Assembly: GCF_009914755.1 (NCBI RefSeq)
Contig: NC_060925.1
Source: the human T2T-CHM13v2.0 reference genome, Homo sapiens
Direction: 5' to 3' (one strand)
DNA length: 64,000 bases
The notes beneath the pieces were generated by a model. That model saw only the letters and a list, made by a program, of their open reading frames with translations. It had not been told where the DNA came from and did no database searches. Positions within the stretch are counted from its first letter, which is position 1; every line of letters begins with the position of its first letter. Positions 53,480-64,000 of the stretch are shown piece by piece. The position numbers and the translations under genes are program-made.

Positions 53480-54990
53480 ATAAGCTCATATTCTGCAAGC
53501 CACGTTTTCCCTCAGTCTATTAGTTAGCTGCATCTAGGTAGGTTGGAGGGGAGTGATAGGGATATGGGAAGTAGCCAAGCAGTGAAGAGGCCAATAATCC
53601 AGCAGAGCTTTGTCAACCTCAAAGGACTTGGGGTATAAAGACTGGATTTTAGGACAAAATAAGTTGATTTTGAGAAGCCAAGTTCCTTGAGAGAAAGCCT
53701 AGAGAAGAAGTATGCCTGACAGCCAGCACCTTCATCACGAGGCACTAGCCAAATTCTTGATTCATGCAGGGCAACAGTCTGAGAAGCAAAAATAAAAACC
53801 TGAAAAACAGGACAAAGATATTGGCAGTCTCATAAGAGGAAACAAACAAACAAACAAACAAGGAGATCAGAGAGACCAAATTAAAAGGGGCCTAATAAAT
53901 ACCCTTGACTTTAAGTTGGGAGCCTTAGAGTGGGAGTGAACAAGAGGTAGACTAACCTTACAAAGAATGAAATCAATTCATTTGTTAAAATGCAATAGAG
54001 GCTATCAGTCCTACTTTCTCTGCCTGCCAGAGAATAAAGTGGGTCATCTGTGGAGGTAGATCTAGCTCTTCCATAATTTGTCATAAAAAAGTCTGGCATT
54101 CAGTCAAAGGTTGACTGAATTATAAATATTCAGCGGCTTATAGAATATGAGTGTAACAAAAATAAGATCAAGAAACAAACAGATCCACAAGTATTGGATA
54201 TGGATCTTAAAATAACTAAGAGTAATATGTTCAAGAAAATAGATGCTAAGATGGAGGATTTTACCAGGAAACCAGATATATACAAAATAATCAAATGGAA
54301 AATTTTAAACTGAAAAACACAAGAAATTAAGAACTCAGTAGATGGTTTTACTGTAGTTTGAAAACAGTTAAAGAGAGAATTACTGAACTGAAAAATAAGT
54401 CTATAGAAAATATCCAGACTGAAACACAAAAGACAAATAAGGAAATAAAATATAGAATAAAAAGCTAAGGAATATCTGGGGTATGACAAAAAGCATTGGG
54501 AAGAGAGAGGGAATAGGGCAAAAGTAATATTTGAAAATATAATGGCTGGGTATTTTCTGTAGCCAATAAAATATATTGAAAAGCAAATGACCAAGAGTGG
54601 ATTTCTCAACAAAACAGAGAGGAACCATAAGATATTAGCTGACATCTTTGAGGTGTGGAAATAAAGCAACTGCCAGTATAATCCTGAAGATATTGAACAA
54701 AGTTCCAGGACTTAGACTACCTGATATTACAATTAATATAAAAATATTATAATTAAGACAGTTTGGTATAGGCGTGGTATAGATGCAAGCTTAAATGATA
54801 GATTAATGGACTAATAGACAAACGAAGTCCAGAAACAGACTTACACTTTTATGTGACCACTTGATTAATGCAAAGTTTATACTGCAATGCAAGGGCTAAA
54901 GGCAGTATTCCCAATAAATAATGCTGGGTCTATTGGTTACACAGGGAAAAAGACTGAATCCTAACTCCTACCTCATACCTCAACCAGCTT
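53480..54990 (+). mobile_element. Ancient L1M 5'/ORF1-ORF2 fragments
   Basis: A-rich L1M-type motifs (AAGAACTCAGTAGATGGTTT..GAGAGAATTACTGAACTGAA; AGTCCAGAAACAGAC). Highly diverged. Confidence 0.55.
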
Positions 54991-55489
54991 AGTACATGGG
55001 TAGCGAAAAGGTTGACAATCGTAAAAGCTGCTCTAAGATCTCTGTGTGTAATTAGCAATGTTATTACATCATAAATATATCAAAGGAATGACCACATCTG
55101 AGAATAGTATTCAGAGGCATTTCGTTCAACAAATTTTCATTTAAGTTTTGGTCTTACTTCTTCTCGTTTAGTCATTTCTACTTTGTTGATAATTGAAGCA
55201 TAACATTTGAAGAGCAGTCCATCACCTTAAACAGATTGCCAACTAACACACCCACACTTAATTTATTCTTGCATTTATTTTCTCGTGGCCATTTGAAAAT
55301 GTATTTTATGTCTGGAGAGAAATAGAAGTAAATGACTGGACTGGGCTTAATCTAGTCTATGGGCAGAATAACTCCTTGACAGAAGAACAGTAACTTTGTT
55401 GCCTTCTCAATGTCAAAATGTTTGTAATTTTTCTGTGGGTGTTATTATACTCCTGTTCTTTAGTTCCTCGTAATATTATACCTTAAGCC

Positions 55490-55663
55490 CCTGTTCTTCA
55501 AATGTCTGAATAATAATCACCTGGTCAATTGTCAAAATGCAGATTTCCAGGCCCATGCTGGAGAATATGATTGAAGGTGCTAAGGTTCTGCATTTTTAAC
55601 GGCACTGCAGATGAATCCGTGAAGGTCATGGTATTTCAATGGACTACATTTGGGGAAACACTG
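55490..55663. mobile_element. MER5-type relic
   Basis: AATCACCTGG..AAAATGCAGATTTCCAGGCCC..CTGCATTTTTAAC..GGACTACATTTGGGGAAACACTG. Confidence 0.6.
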
Positions 55664-58484
55664 TTTTAAGCTCACTGTCATTGAACCATAGGTATTCAGA
55701 ATGGGCCATATTTTGACTACACATTTGGGAGGACTTTCCCCTTTGGGATTTTTTTTTTCCTATTTATCACAAGAATTGTAACAAATTACTTGTAATCTGT
55801 TTTTCAAACAAGAGGTTTAAGTTGCTACTGATGAAGGGGAAATAGGCAAATAGAGAATATTTAAAATAGAGCTAGGAGTTTAGAAGCTGCCATGAGTTCA
55901 TGAATCACATGATATATTACTTGGACAAAGCTGAAATGACAAATGGGTCTGTTATGACTTCAGGCAGGCGCTCCTTAAACTCCTGAAGTTTAGTAGTAAG
56001 TTTTACCACCCTGAAGCTATTTCTGGTGCATGTAGTTTCATGTCAACTTTATGGGAAGAAAAAAGATCTGTATTCCACACCCCCGACATTTTTTGTTTGT
56101 CAAGATTTAGATAAAAGGATGAGATGTAAAAGGGGTTTTTGCCCACATATTACATCTTTGCTTCACCACATGTTTGGCTGAAAATAATGAAGATGAGGCT
56201 GAGTTAGTGACTCAACACGCAATTGCCCTATAGGTGTTAATTGACAAAGCCATGAAATAAGTATAATGTACAGGAAAAAACAAATTCTACATTTAACTTT
56301 TTCTTTAATTCATTCCTTGAAACTTCTCTAAAGTATTGGGCTGTGTTTACTGTCAAAGTGGGCTGCCTTCCTTTTCAAATCTTCTAATTCTGTTTGCTAC
56401 CATGCCAGTGATGGTTATAGATTATGCAAAGAAACTGAGCTATGTGATTATTGTAATCCAACTTTAAACTAGCCTCTTAAAACTTATTTTTATCCTATCT
56501 ACCACTGTTATAGATATTTCTTAGCTTACAATGATTAGAGCTGATGCAGATTGCAAAATCAAAGTGTGCAGTTTTGGTAGTTTTCCACTGTCCAGCATCC
56601 TTTGACATCTTAACTCTGAAGTCTCTGGCTAAAGAATCAAGAGGAGAAATTAGAAACGCTGCCACTCTGGACATACATTTTAGAAAGCTGACTTACTTTC
56701 AAAGTAAAATTAAATAATGCAAATCCAACATGACAGCTATTAAACTGGATTCTGATTTTTTAAACAAAGTCTGTGGATGTTTTAATATATAAACATGGTG
56801 TGGGTATTGTTTTTATGGTATTTTCTTTATCATTTTGTCAGAATTAGAATTTGTTAAAAATATGACCCATTGAGAATCTAAAATGGCTGAGAAGATGGGT
56901 AGATAATGGTTTGACTCATGGTGCTTCTCAATTTGTCCTTTCCTTTTCCCATCTGGTGCCTTCCAAGGAACTTCACTTGCAGCTTGCTCCTTCTTGTTTG
57001 GGCCAAGTAGACCTCACCCTCCTCTTTCCCAAAGATTCAAGTAAAGATTAAGTCTGAAAAGGCAATTTCCCCACCTACGATTTGACCTTATTTGTGTGTA
57101 ATAATCTGGGTGACTGAGTTACTAGTCACTGGGGTAGTGTAACTGCTTATCTTCAATTTACCTTGCCTCTAAAATTAGGCTATTAACATTTGACTCACTT
57201 CCATAATCCGAATTTTCAGTTTAGTGTTTGGCTCCCTATCAAGGCTGAACTGCTTGTGAATGAGCAATGCCTGGCATATAGTAGGCACTCATGTATTTGT
57301 TGAATGAATGAATGATGTTTGCCATTTGCATGCCTCCCCTTCCCACACACTCTTGTATTCCACGTTGGTTTTTGCTTGGCTTTGTTTTTTTCCTATTACT
57401 TCTTGGAAAATGGTTAAAAAAAGAGCATTGGCCTTATGAGAAAAATCTGGCCCTATGAGATGATGTAGGGCTATGTTTTGTAACACATAATTTGAAGCAT
57501 TAATTGAATACTTTCCTTAAAATTACATATTTTTCTTGATAATTTTCTACCAACTGCTATTCTAAATATGGAGTTTTACTTCTGATTTGCAATCCTGAGC
57601 ACTGGTGATATGGTAGAAACATGGTTAAGGAAAAGAAGCAGTCACCTCCTGGTTGAAAATGTGATAATGTTACCCTATGACATGTTCTCTTCTTCTTTGG
57701 CCCATTTCACCTTATCATCCTTCCCACTCAATCTTTTTGTTCTCTAATTTGTATTCCATGGTCCTGTTGAGAGTTATAAGCACTGAGTTAGAAATGAGAA
57801 TGACTGGCTTTCCCCTTTTGTCTAAAATAGGATATCAAAAGTGTGACCAGAAGATGATCCACATCAGTGTCAGCTAGACTATTTGTTAAAAATTGCAAGC
57901 CCTTAATTCCACTACAGATATGCAGACAGTGGGTCTTCGGGGATGAAGGTCGGGGTCTATGTTTTTACAATAACCCTGGGCATTTGTGTTGCACTCTCAC
58001 TTTTGCCCCACTGCTCTTTACCAATGATGTATAAGGTCCAAGCCGGAAAATTAAAGGCAGCCTCAAAGGCTGATACCTTGTTTGTAGATCCTCCCGTTTT
58101 ATAATAACAACCACTAAACATACACATGCATCTAAAGAAGCTGATGACTACATAAAGAACTAGGAGCAATACTGAACAATTAAGTGAAAGACATTGATTA
58201 CGTTTTTTGATGACCATAGCTGTTGTTGACAGACAACATCTATTTAAATTTTTTTGGGGGGGAAACCCAATCAATAGGTCAGAAACTATTATTTTTGCTT
58301 TTCCTTTATTTTCAACTGTTGGATCTTTTTGTTTAGACCTCCTCTGTACTTCTTCTCTCCCCCCTCCCTCCCTCACTCTTGCACTCACCCTCTCTTTCTC
58401 TTCCTCTAATTCCAGCTCCTCTTTCCATAGAATCCATACCCTGTAATCTAATTTTTGTTACTGAGGAACATGATGTAATAAGAG

Positions 58485-58700
58485 AATGATTGTTGTAGTC
58501 AAATGACCCAGGTTCAAGAACTTGACCTGATACTTATTAGCTATGTGATATTGGACAGAATGCTTAATATTTCTCAGTTCCTGTTACTTTAACACTAAAA
58601 TAAAGTACTTACATTATAGCGCGATTGTGAGATTTAAATGAGACTAATGTGTGTAAAGTACTTAACACAGATCCCTGTAGTCATTACTTAGTTATTTGTT
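58485..58700 (+). mobile_element. MIR
   Basis: CCAGGTTCAAG..ACTTATTAGCTATGTGATATTGGAC..GTGAGATTTAAATGAGA..GTAAAGTACTTA. Confidence 0.65.
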
Positions 58701-59140
58701 GTTTTTGTTATTAATTATAATGGCCGCATGGAAAAGCACCTGTTAAACGGGAAAGTCAAGTCGATAGGTTAGGAAACCTTAAATATTGTAATTGTCGCTT
58801 TCTGTTGTTAGCTTCTGAAGATGTACAGCTGAGGAAGACAAGATCTTTGCCCTCAAGTTGTTTATAGTCTTGTAGGAAAAGACAGATAGATGTATAATTT
58901 CATCCATAAAGTATAGTGTGTCCAGTGCTGTAAGACATTAAAGGATTCGGTGGAATCCTAAAAAAGGAGTGATCAATACTTGCACAGTTTGGGTCACTCG
59001 CTTTGTTGCTAAGTGTATATGTAATGGGAGGAAATTAAAATAATTTCTTTATTTGCAATTGTTTTGTTCTATTTCAGTGGGCACACATATCATACCCTGA
59101 TTCAAGTGGGTATTTATGTGAAATAGAAAAAACCGTTACT

Positions 59141-59445
59141 GGCCGGGCATGGTGGCTCATGCCTGTAATCCCAGCACTTCGGGAGTCTGAGGCGGGCAGA
59201 TCAGGAGGTCAGGAGATCGAGACCATCCTGGCCAACATGGTGTAACCCTGTCTCTACTGAATATACAAAAATTAGCCGGGCATAGTGGCATGTGCCTGTA
59301 ATCCCAGCTACTCTGGAGGCTGAGGCACGAAAATTGCTTGAACCAGGAGGCCGAGGTTGCAGTGAGCTGAGATTGTGCCACTGCACTCCAGCCTGGCAAC
59401 AGAGCAAGACTCTGTCTCAAAAAAAAAAAAAAAGGAAAAGAAAAA
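59141..59445 (+). mobile_element. Alu (AluSc-like)
   Basis: GGCCGGGCATGGTGGCTCATGCC..GAGGTCAGGAGATCGAGACCATCCTGGCCAAC; poly(A) tail. Confidence 0.92.
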
Positions 59446-59699
59446 AATTGTTGCTTCATAGAGACACCTCATTTCCATCTGAATATTGCCATAATAAATA
59501 CATGTTGATTTTTAATATGAGTGCCACCCCTTAAAGTTGTTCAGTGTACAACCTGTACAACCATACAAGGCAACTCTATAACAATAAACAATATTCTTCT
59601 CACAATGACTTCCATTATTTTATCTGATAAAGTAAGCAGGATGATTTTTCTAACATTGACAAATATAATCTTTTTTTTAAAAAAAAGTATTTTTCAATT

Positions 59700-61190
59700 T
59701 TTTTTCTTTTTTACTTTTTACTTTTACTTTTTAATTTTTATGGGTACATAGTAGGTGTATATATTTATGGGGTAAGTGAAGTGTTTTGATATAGGTATGC
59801 AGTGTAAAGTAATCACATCATGGAGAATAGGGTATCCATCCTCTGAAGCATTTATGATTTGTTGCAAATAATCCAATTACACTCTTTTAGTTACTTTTAA
59901 GTGAACAATTAGGTTATTATTGACTATCGTCACCCTGTTGTGTTATCAAATAGCAAGTCTTATTCATTTTTCTGTTGTGTTTTTTTTGTATCCATTAACC
60001 ATCCCCACCTCCCCTCCAGCCCCCTACTACCCTTCCCAGCCTCTGGTAATCATCCTTCTGCCCCCTCCATGGGTTCAACTGTTTTGATTCTTAGATCCCA
60101 CAAATAAGTGAGAATATGTGCTGTTTGTCTTTCTGTGCCTGGCTTATTTCACTTAAGATAATGACTTCCAGTTCCATCCATGCAAATGGCGAGATCTCAT
60201 TCTTCTTTATGGCTGAGTAACACTCCATTGTGTATATGTAACACATTTTATTTACCCATTCATCTGTTGATGGACACTTAGGTTGCTTCTAAATCTTAGC
60301 TATTGTAAATAGTGCTGCAATAAACACAGGAGTACAGATATCTCTTCAGTATACTGATTCCTTTTTTTTGAGTATATACTCAGCAGTGGGATTGCTTGGT
60401 CATATGGTAGCTCTATTTTTAGGTTTTTGAGGAACCTCCAAATTATTCTCCATAGTGGTTGTGCTAATTTACTTTCCCACCAACATTATACAAGAGATCC
60501 CTTTTCTCCACATCCTTGCCAGCATTTGTTATTGCCTGGATATAAGCCATTTTATCCAGGTGAGATGAGATCTCATTGTAATTTTGATTTGCGTTTCTCT
60601 TATGATTAATGATGTTCAGCACTTTTCATATGCTTGTTTCCCATTTGTATGTCTTCTTTTGAGAAATGTCTATTCAAATCATTTGCTCATTTTGTTGGTT
60701 ACATTATTAGATGTTTTTCTACAGTTTTTTGAGCTCCTTATATATTCTGGTGATTAATTTCTTGTCAGATGGGTAGTTTGCAAATATTTTCTCCCATTCT
60801 GTGGGTTGTCTCTTCATTTTGTTGATTTTTTTTCCTTTGGTGTGCAAAAAAGCTTTTTAATTTGATGTGATCCCATTTGCCCATTTTTGCTTTGGTTGTC
60901 TGTGCCTGTGTGGTATTGCTCAAGAAATTTTTGCCCAGACTGTTCTCCTGGAGATTTTCCCCAATGTTTTCTTGTTGTAGTTTTATATTTTGAGATCTTA
61001 ACATTTAAATTTTTAATCCATTTTTATTGATTATTGTATATGGCAAGAGATAGGAGTCTAGCTTCATTCTTCTGCATATGGAGATCCAGTTTTCCCAGCA
61101 CCATTTATTGAAGAGACTGTTTTTTCCCCAGTGTATGTTCTTGGCACCTTTGTCAAAAATGAGTTCACAGTAGGTCTGTGCATTTGTCTC
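59700..61190 (-). mobile_element. L1MA/L1PB-like 3' portion
   Basis: Reverse translation gives [37 protein letters not shown] and KWDHIKLKSF; reverse 3'UTR. Confidence 0.9.
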
Positions 61191-61577
61191 TAGCTTTAAG
61201 CCCATGATCTTGTCACTATCACAGTCCTGGGTGAAGGTCATGTTGGCGTTAGCTGGGTGACATTGTTATCATCCTGTAGTAGCTTGACTGAGATGTTGAC
61301 TGCTTTGAACCTGTCCTCTCTAGATAGATGGAGGAATTCTGAATAAATCACTTAATAAACAATTCCCTCTCACAGGACTATTATGAAGGACAGCGACATA
61401 TGTAAAAAGTATCTACCCTATGATGTTTTTCTATTATGTGTATATTATCTTGTCTCAGACATTTAAATACATCACTACAGATTCATTGAGAATAAACTGA
61501 CAACATATATTAATAAAAAAATTAGGAACTATGAATCACATTTCTACCTCCTTCTTGTTTGTGTTTACTATCTGTAG

Positions 61578-61726
61578 TTGATACTCCAGATCCCTATGTG
61601 GAACTTTTTATCTCTACAACCCCTGACAGCAGGAAGAGAACAAGACATTTCAATAATGACATAAACCCTGTGTGGAATGAGACCTTTGAATTTATTTTGG
61701 ATCCTAATCAGGAAAATGTTTTGGAG
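61578..61726 (+). CDS. PLA2G4A: cPLA2-alpha coding exon 3 (149 nt), (L)[49 protein letters not shown]
   Basis: Acceptor tatctgtag|TTGATACT, donor TTGGAG|gtaagt. C2 motifs DPYV and NPVWNETF; C+TT across the splice gives Leu39. Confidence 0.98.
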
Positions 61727-62214
61727 GTAAGTGAACCATTTGGATGCTGTTAGATGGTTGTGATTCATGTTGAGAGACATGCTTGAGTTTGTCCTTTTAC
61801 TGCCTTTTTGTTCCTGTTAGCTATAGTTGGAGTTAGACTGGGCAGCTTGGTAGACTAGAATCTAAATGGTGTCTGTCAAGTAATATGAGTGTCTATCAGG
61901 ACATACAGGAGTTAGGTAGGGTTGGGAAAACTGCTGTCCTCCCCACATGCTTTGGAGAAAACATATTTTCTGCTATCAAGGAGAGAATCCCAGTATAACA
62001 GAATAAAAATATTTTAAATTGCCTTTTTAAAAAGTGAAAATTAATTTTTCCCAAAATATTTGTATCGATTTTCTGCATTAATATCTTTCTCATATTCCAA
62101 AGTAGAGAGGAGATAAAGTTTCGTTTTTGAAAACATGATAATTGAATAAATCAATCAGGAAAATGTGAAAAATTATTATCTTATAGCAAACACAGTACTC
62201 AGAAGGAAAAGATT

Positions 62215-62499
<285 letters not shown>

Positions 62500-62663
62500 A
62501 AGGAAAAGATAAAAGTATTGTTACTAATTAAATATTGAGATCTTCAAGGACTCTTAAATATCATTTGAGAGCTTCATTTTTTTAAATGTGGTGGAAATTA
62601 TAGATGTCATTTCCAAAGATCCATGGGAAATTTTATTTTTGTGCTTTACATTTTACTCTGTAG

Positions 62664-62777
62664 ATTACGTTAATGGATGCCAATTATGTCATGGATGAAA
62701 CTCTAGGGACAGCAACATTTACTGTATCTTCTATGAAGGTGGGAGAAAAGAAAGAAGTTCCTTTTATTTTCAACCAA
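62664..62777 (+). CDS. PLA2G4A: cPLA2-alpha coding exon 4 (114 nt), [38 protein letters not shown] (residues 89-126, CBR3)
   Basis: Acceptor ttttactctgtag|ATTACG, donor AACCAA|gtaagt. Contains D93-A94-N95-Y96-V97; symmetric phase 0-0 exon. Confidence 0.98.
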
Positions 62778-63539
62778 GTAAGTAACACTGCAGAATTATA
62801 TTCCAACCTTATGTTAGATAAAGTCTATTGATTCTGGGAAGTTGGGTTTAACACTTGGAAAATTGTATTTATTTGTTCATAGAATGTTTGCTTTTTAAAG
62901 AGAAAATTTTGTTTTTCTTTTTACTTTTTGTCCTAATTTTAAAAATTATTCTGACATCTATAAACTTTGGTTGAGGTATTATACCAAACACTACTAAGGC
63001 TTTAATCTCCTTTGTTGCTCCAAATGATGACATTGGGATTCAGCAATGCCTTTGGACTCTAACGGCAAAATTTAATACAAAAAATTGGGGAGGATAAAAA
63101 GACATGCAAAATCTGAGAGCTGGGGGCAGAGAGAGAGAGAGAGAGAACAAGTAAACAAACTCAGTGGAAAATGTTAGGAAATTCAGACTATTCCAAAACC
63201 ACATGTTTAGTAATAAATCTCTCTGGGGGAATATTTCTGTCTCAGAGAATCCTCAAGTAAATAGGGACAAAGCAGTGAAAGGCCAAAAGGATTGATGGGA
63301 GGTTATTGTTATCTTTGACTTTCTAGGTTTGCTACATTTCTGAAATTTTGATAGTTTATTTTGGAATAATGAAACCTTAGGTAAATAATTTTGTACAGAA
63401 TAAACTCATTGGATTTTGAATTCTGTAAGAAACTAATTTAGTAGTTTGTAGTAAGAAATGTAAACAACTGGTGGGCCTGTATGTGTAAGGCTGGTTACCA
63501 TACTAATTTCTTTTTGTTGGGAGAGACAATGTGTCTCTG

Positions 63540-63825
63540 CGCATCTTTAGAATGACTTTCCAAGTCCCTACATTCACCTCAACCTACCTCTCCCTTAACT
63601 CTCAGCTTCTCCATGTTGCCTTTCCTGTTACTGTCCCAAATGAGTCTTCCTCCTTTGAGTCTCCATGATAATTATCTATGGTATTCATTGGGACTACATT
63701 ATTTATACTGTTCAATGTTTCATTTTCCTCTTGTAAACTAAAATCCTCTAAGTCAGGAAACTTGAAATACTGATTAAATGTGCCTACAGAATTAATTACA
63801 TAGATGACATTTATGGAATGAATGT
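63540..63825 (+). mobile_element. L2 3' fragment
   Basis: TCCTCTTGTAAACTAAAATCCTCTAAGTCAGGAA..GTGCCT..ATGGAATGAATG. Confidence 0.5.
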
Positions 63826-64000
63826 GTACCTATTTAGAAACCAACTTAGCCCAAATGAGCTTCTTGACTAGTCCATGCAATCAGAATGGCCCAGGTACCT
63901 TGAGGATGCTCTGGTCCATGCACTCCTTGGTGCTTCCACCTGCTGCAGAAAGCATTTCTTCTGTCTCATGCCAAGAGATGCACTCACCACAATTCTGTCG

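Noticed and set aside
54130-54669. 179-aa hydrophobic, membrane-like ORF
   Set aside because: Antisense reading of A-rich old L1 sequence gives F/L/I-rich text as an artefact.
57957-58388. 143-aa minus-strand ORF
   Set aside because: No recognisable domain or splice context; begins in the purine-rich complement of a pyrimidine tract.
61559-61753. 64-aa ORF as a stand-alone gene
   Set aside because: It is PLA2G4A coding exon 3 read through into the flanking introns.

Overview
Primate (human-like) genomic DNA from the 5' part of PLA2G4A (cytosolic phospholipase A2-alpha), on the + strand. The window starts inside the long first intron; no promoter or first exon is visible. It holds four exons: 22649-22750 (5'UTR plus ATG), 38890-38971, 61578-61726 and 62664-62777. 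These splice in frame to residues 1-126, most of the Ca2+/membrane-binding C2 domain. The rest is AT-rich intron with Alu, L1, L2, MIR, LTR and hAT relics; repeat family calls are by eye and their boundaries are approximate. I see no new gene system. The most notable unexplained structures are: (1) a 228-bp tandem duplication that copies the 3' end of the second coding exon with its donor, creating a possible in-frame 33-nt micro-exon that would repeat the CBR1 membrane loop; (2) an 89-bp near-perfect inverted repeat around an AT-rich spacer beside an L1PA, which appears to carry that L1's missing target-site duplication; (3) an older AT-spaced inverted repeat near 4.5 kb; (4) a twin-primed mini-L1; (5) a 39-bp AT-rich VNTR.
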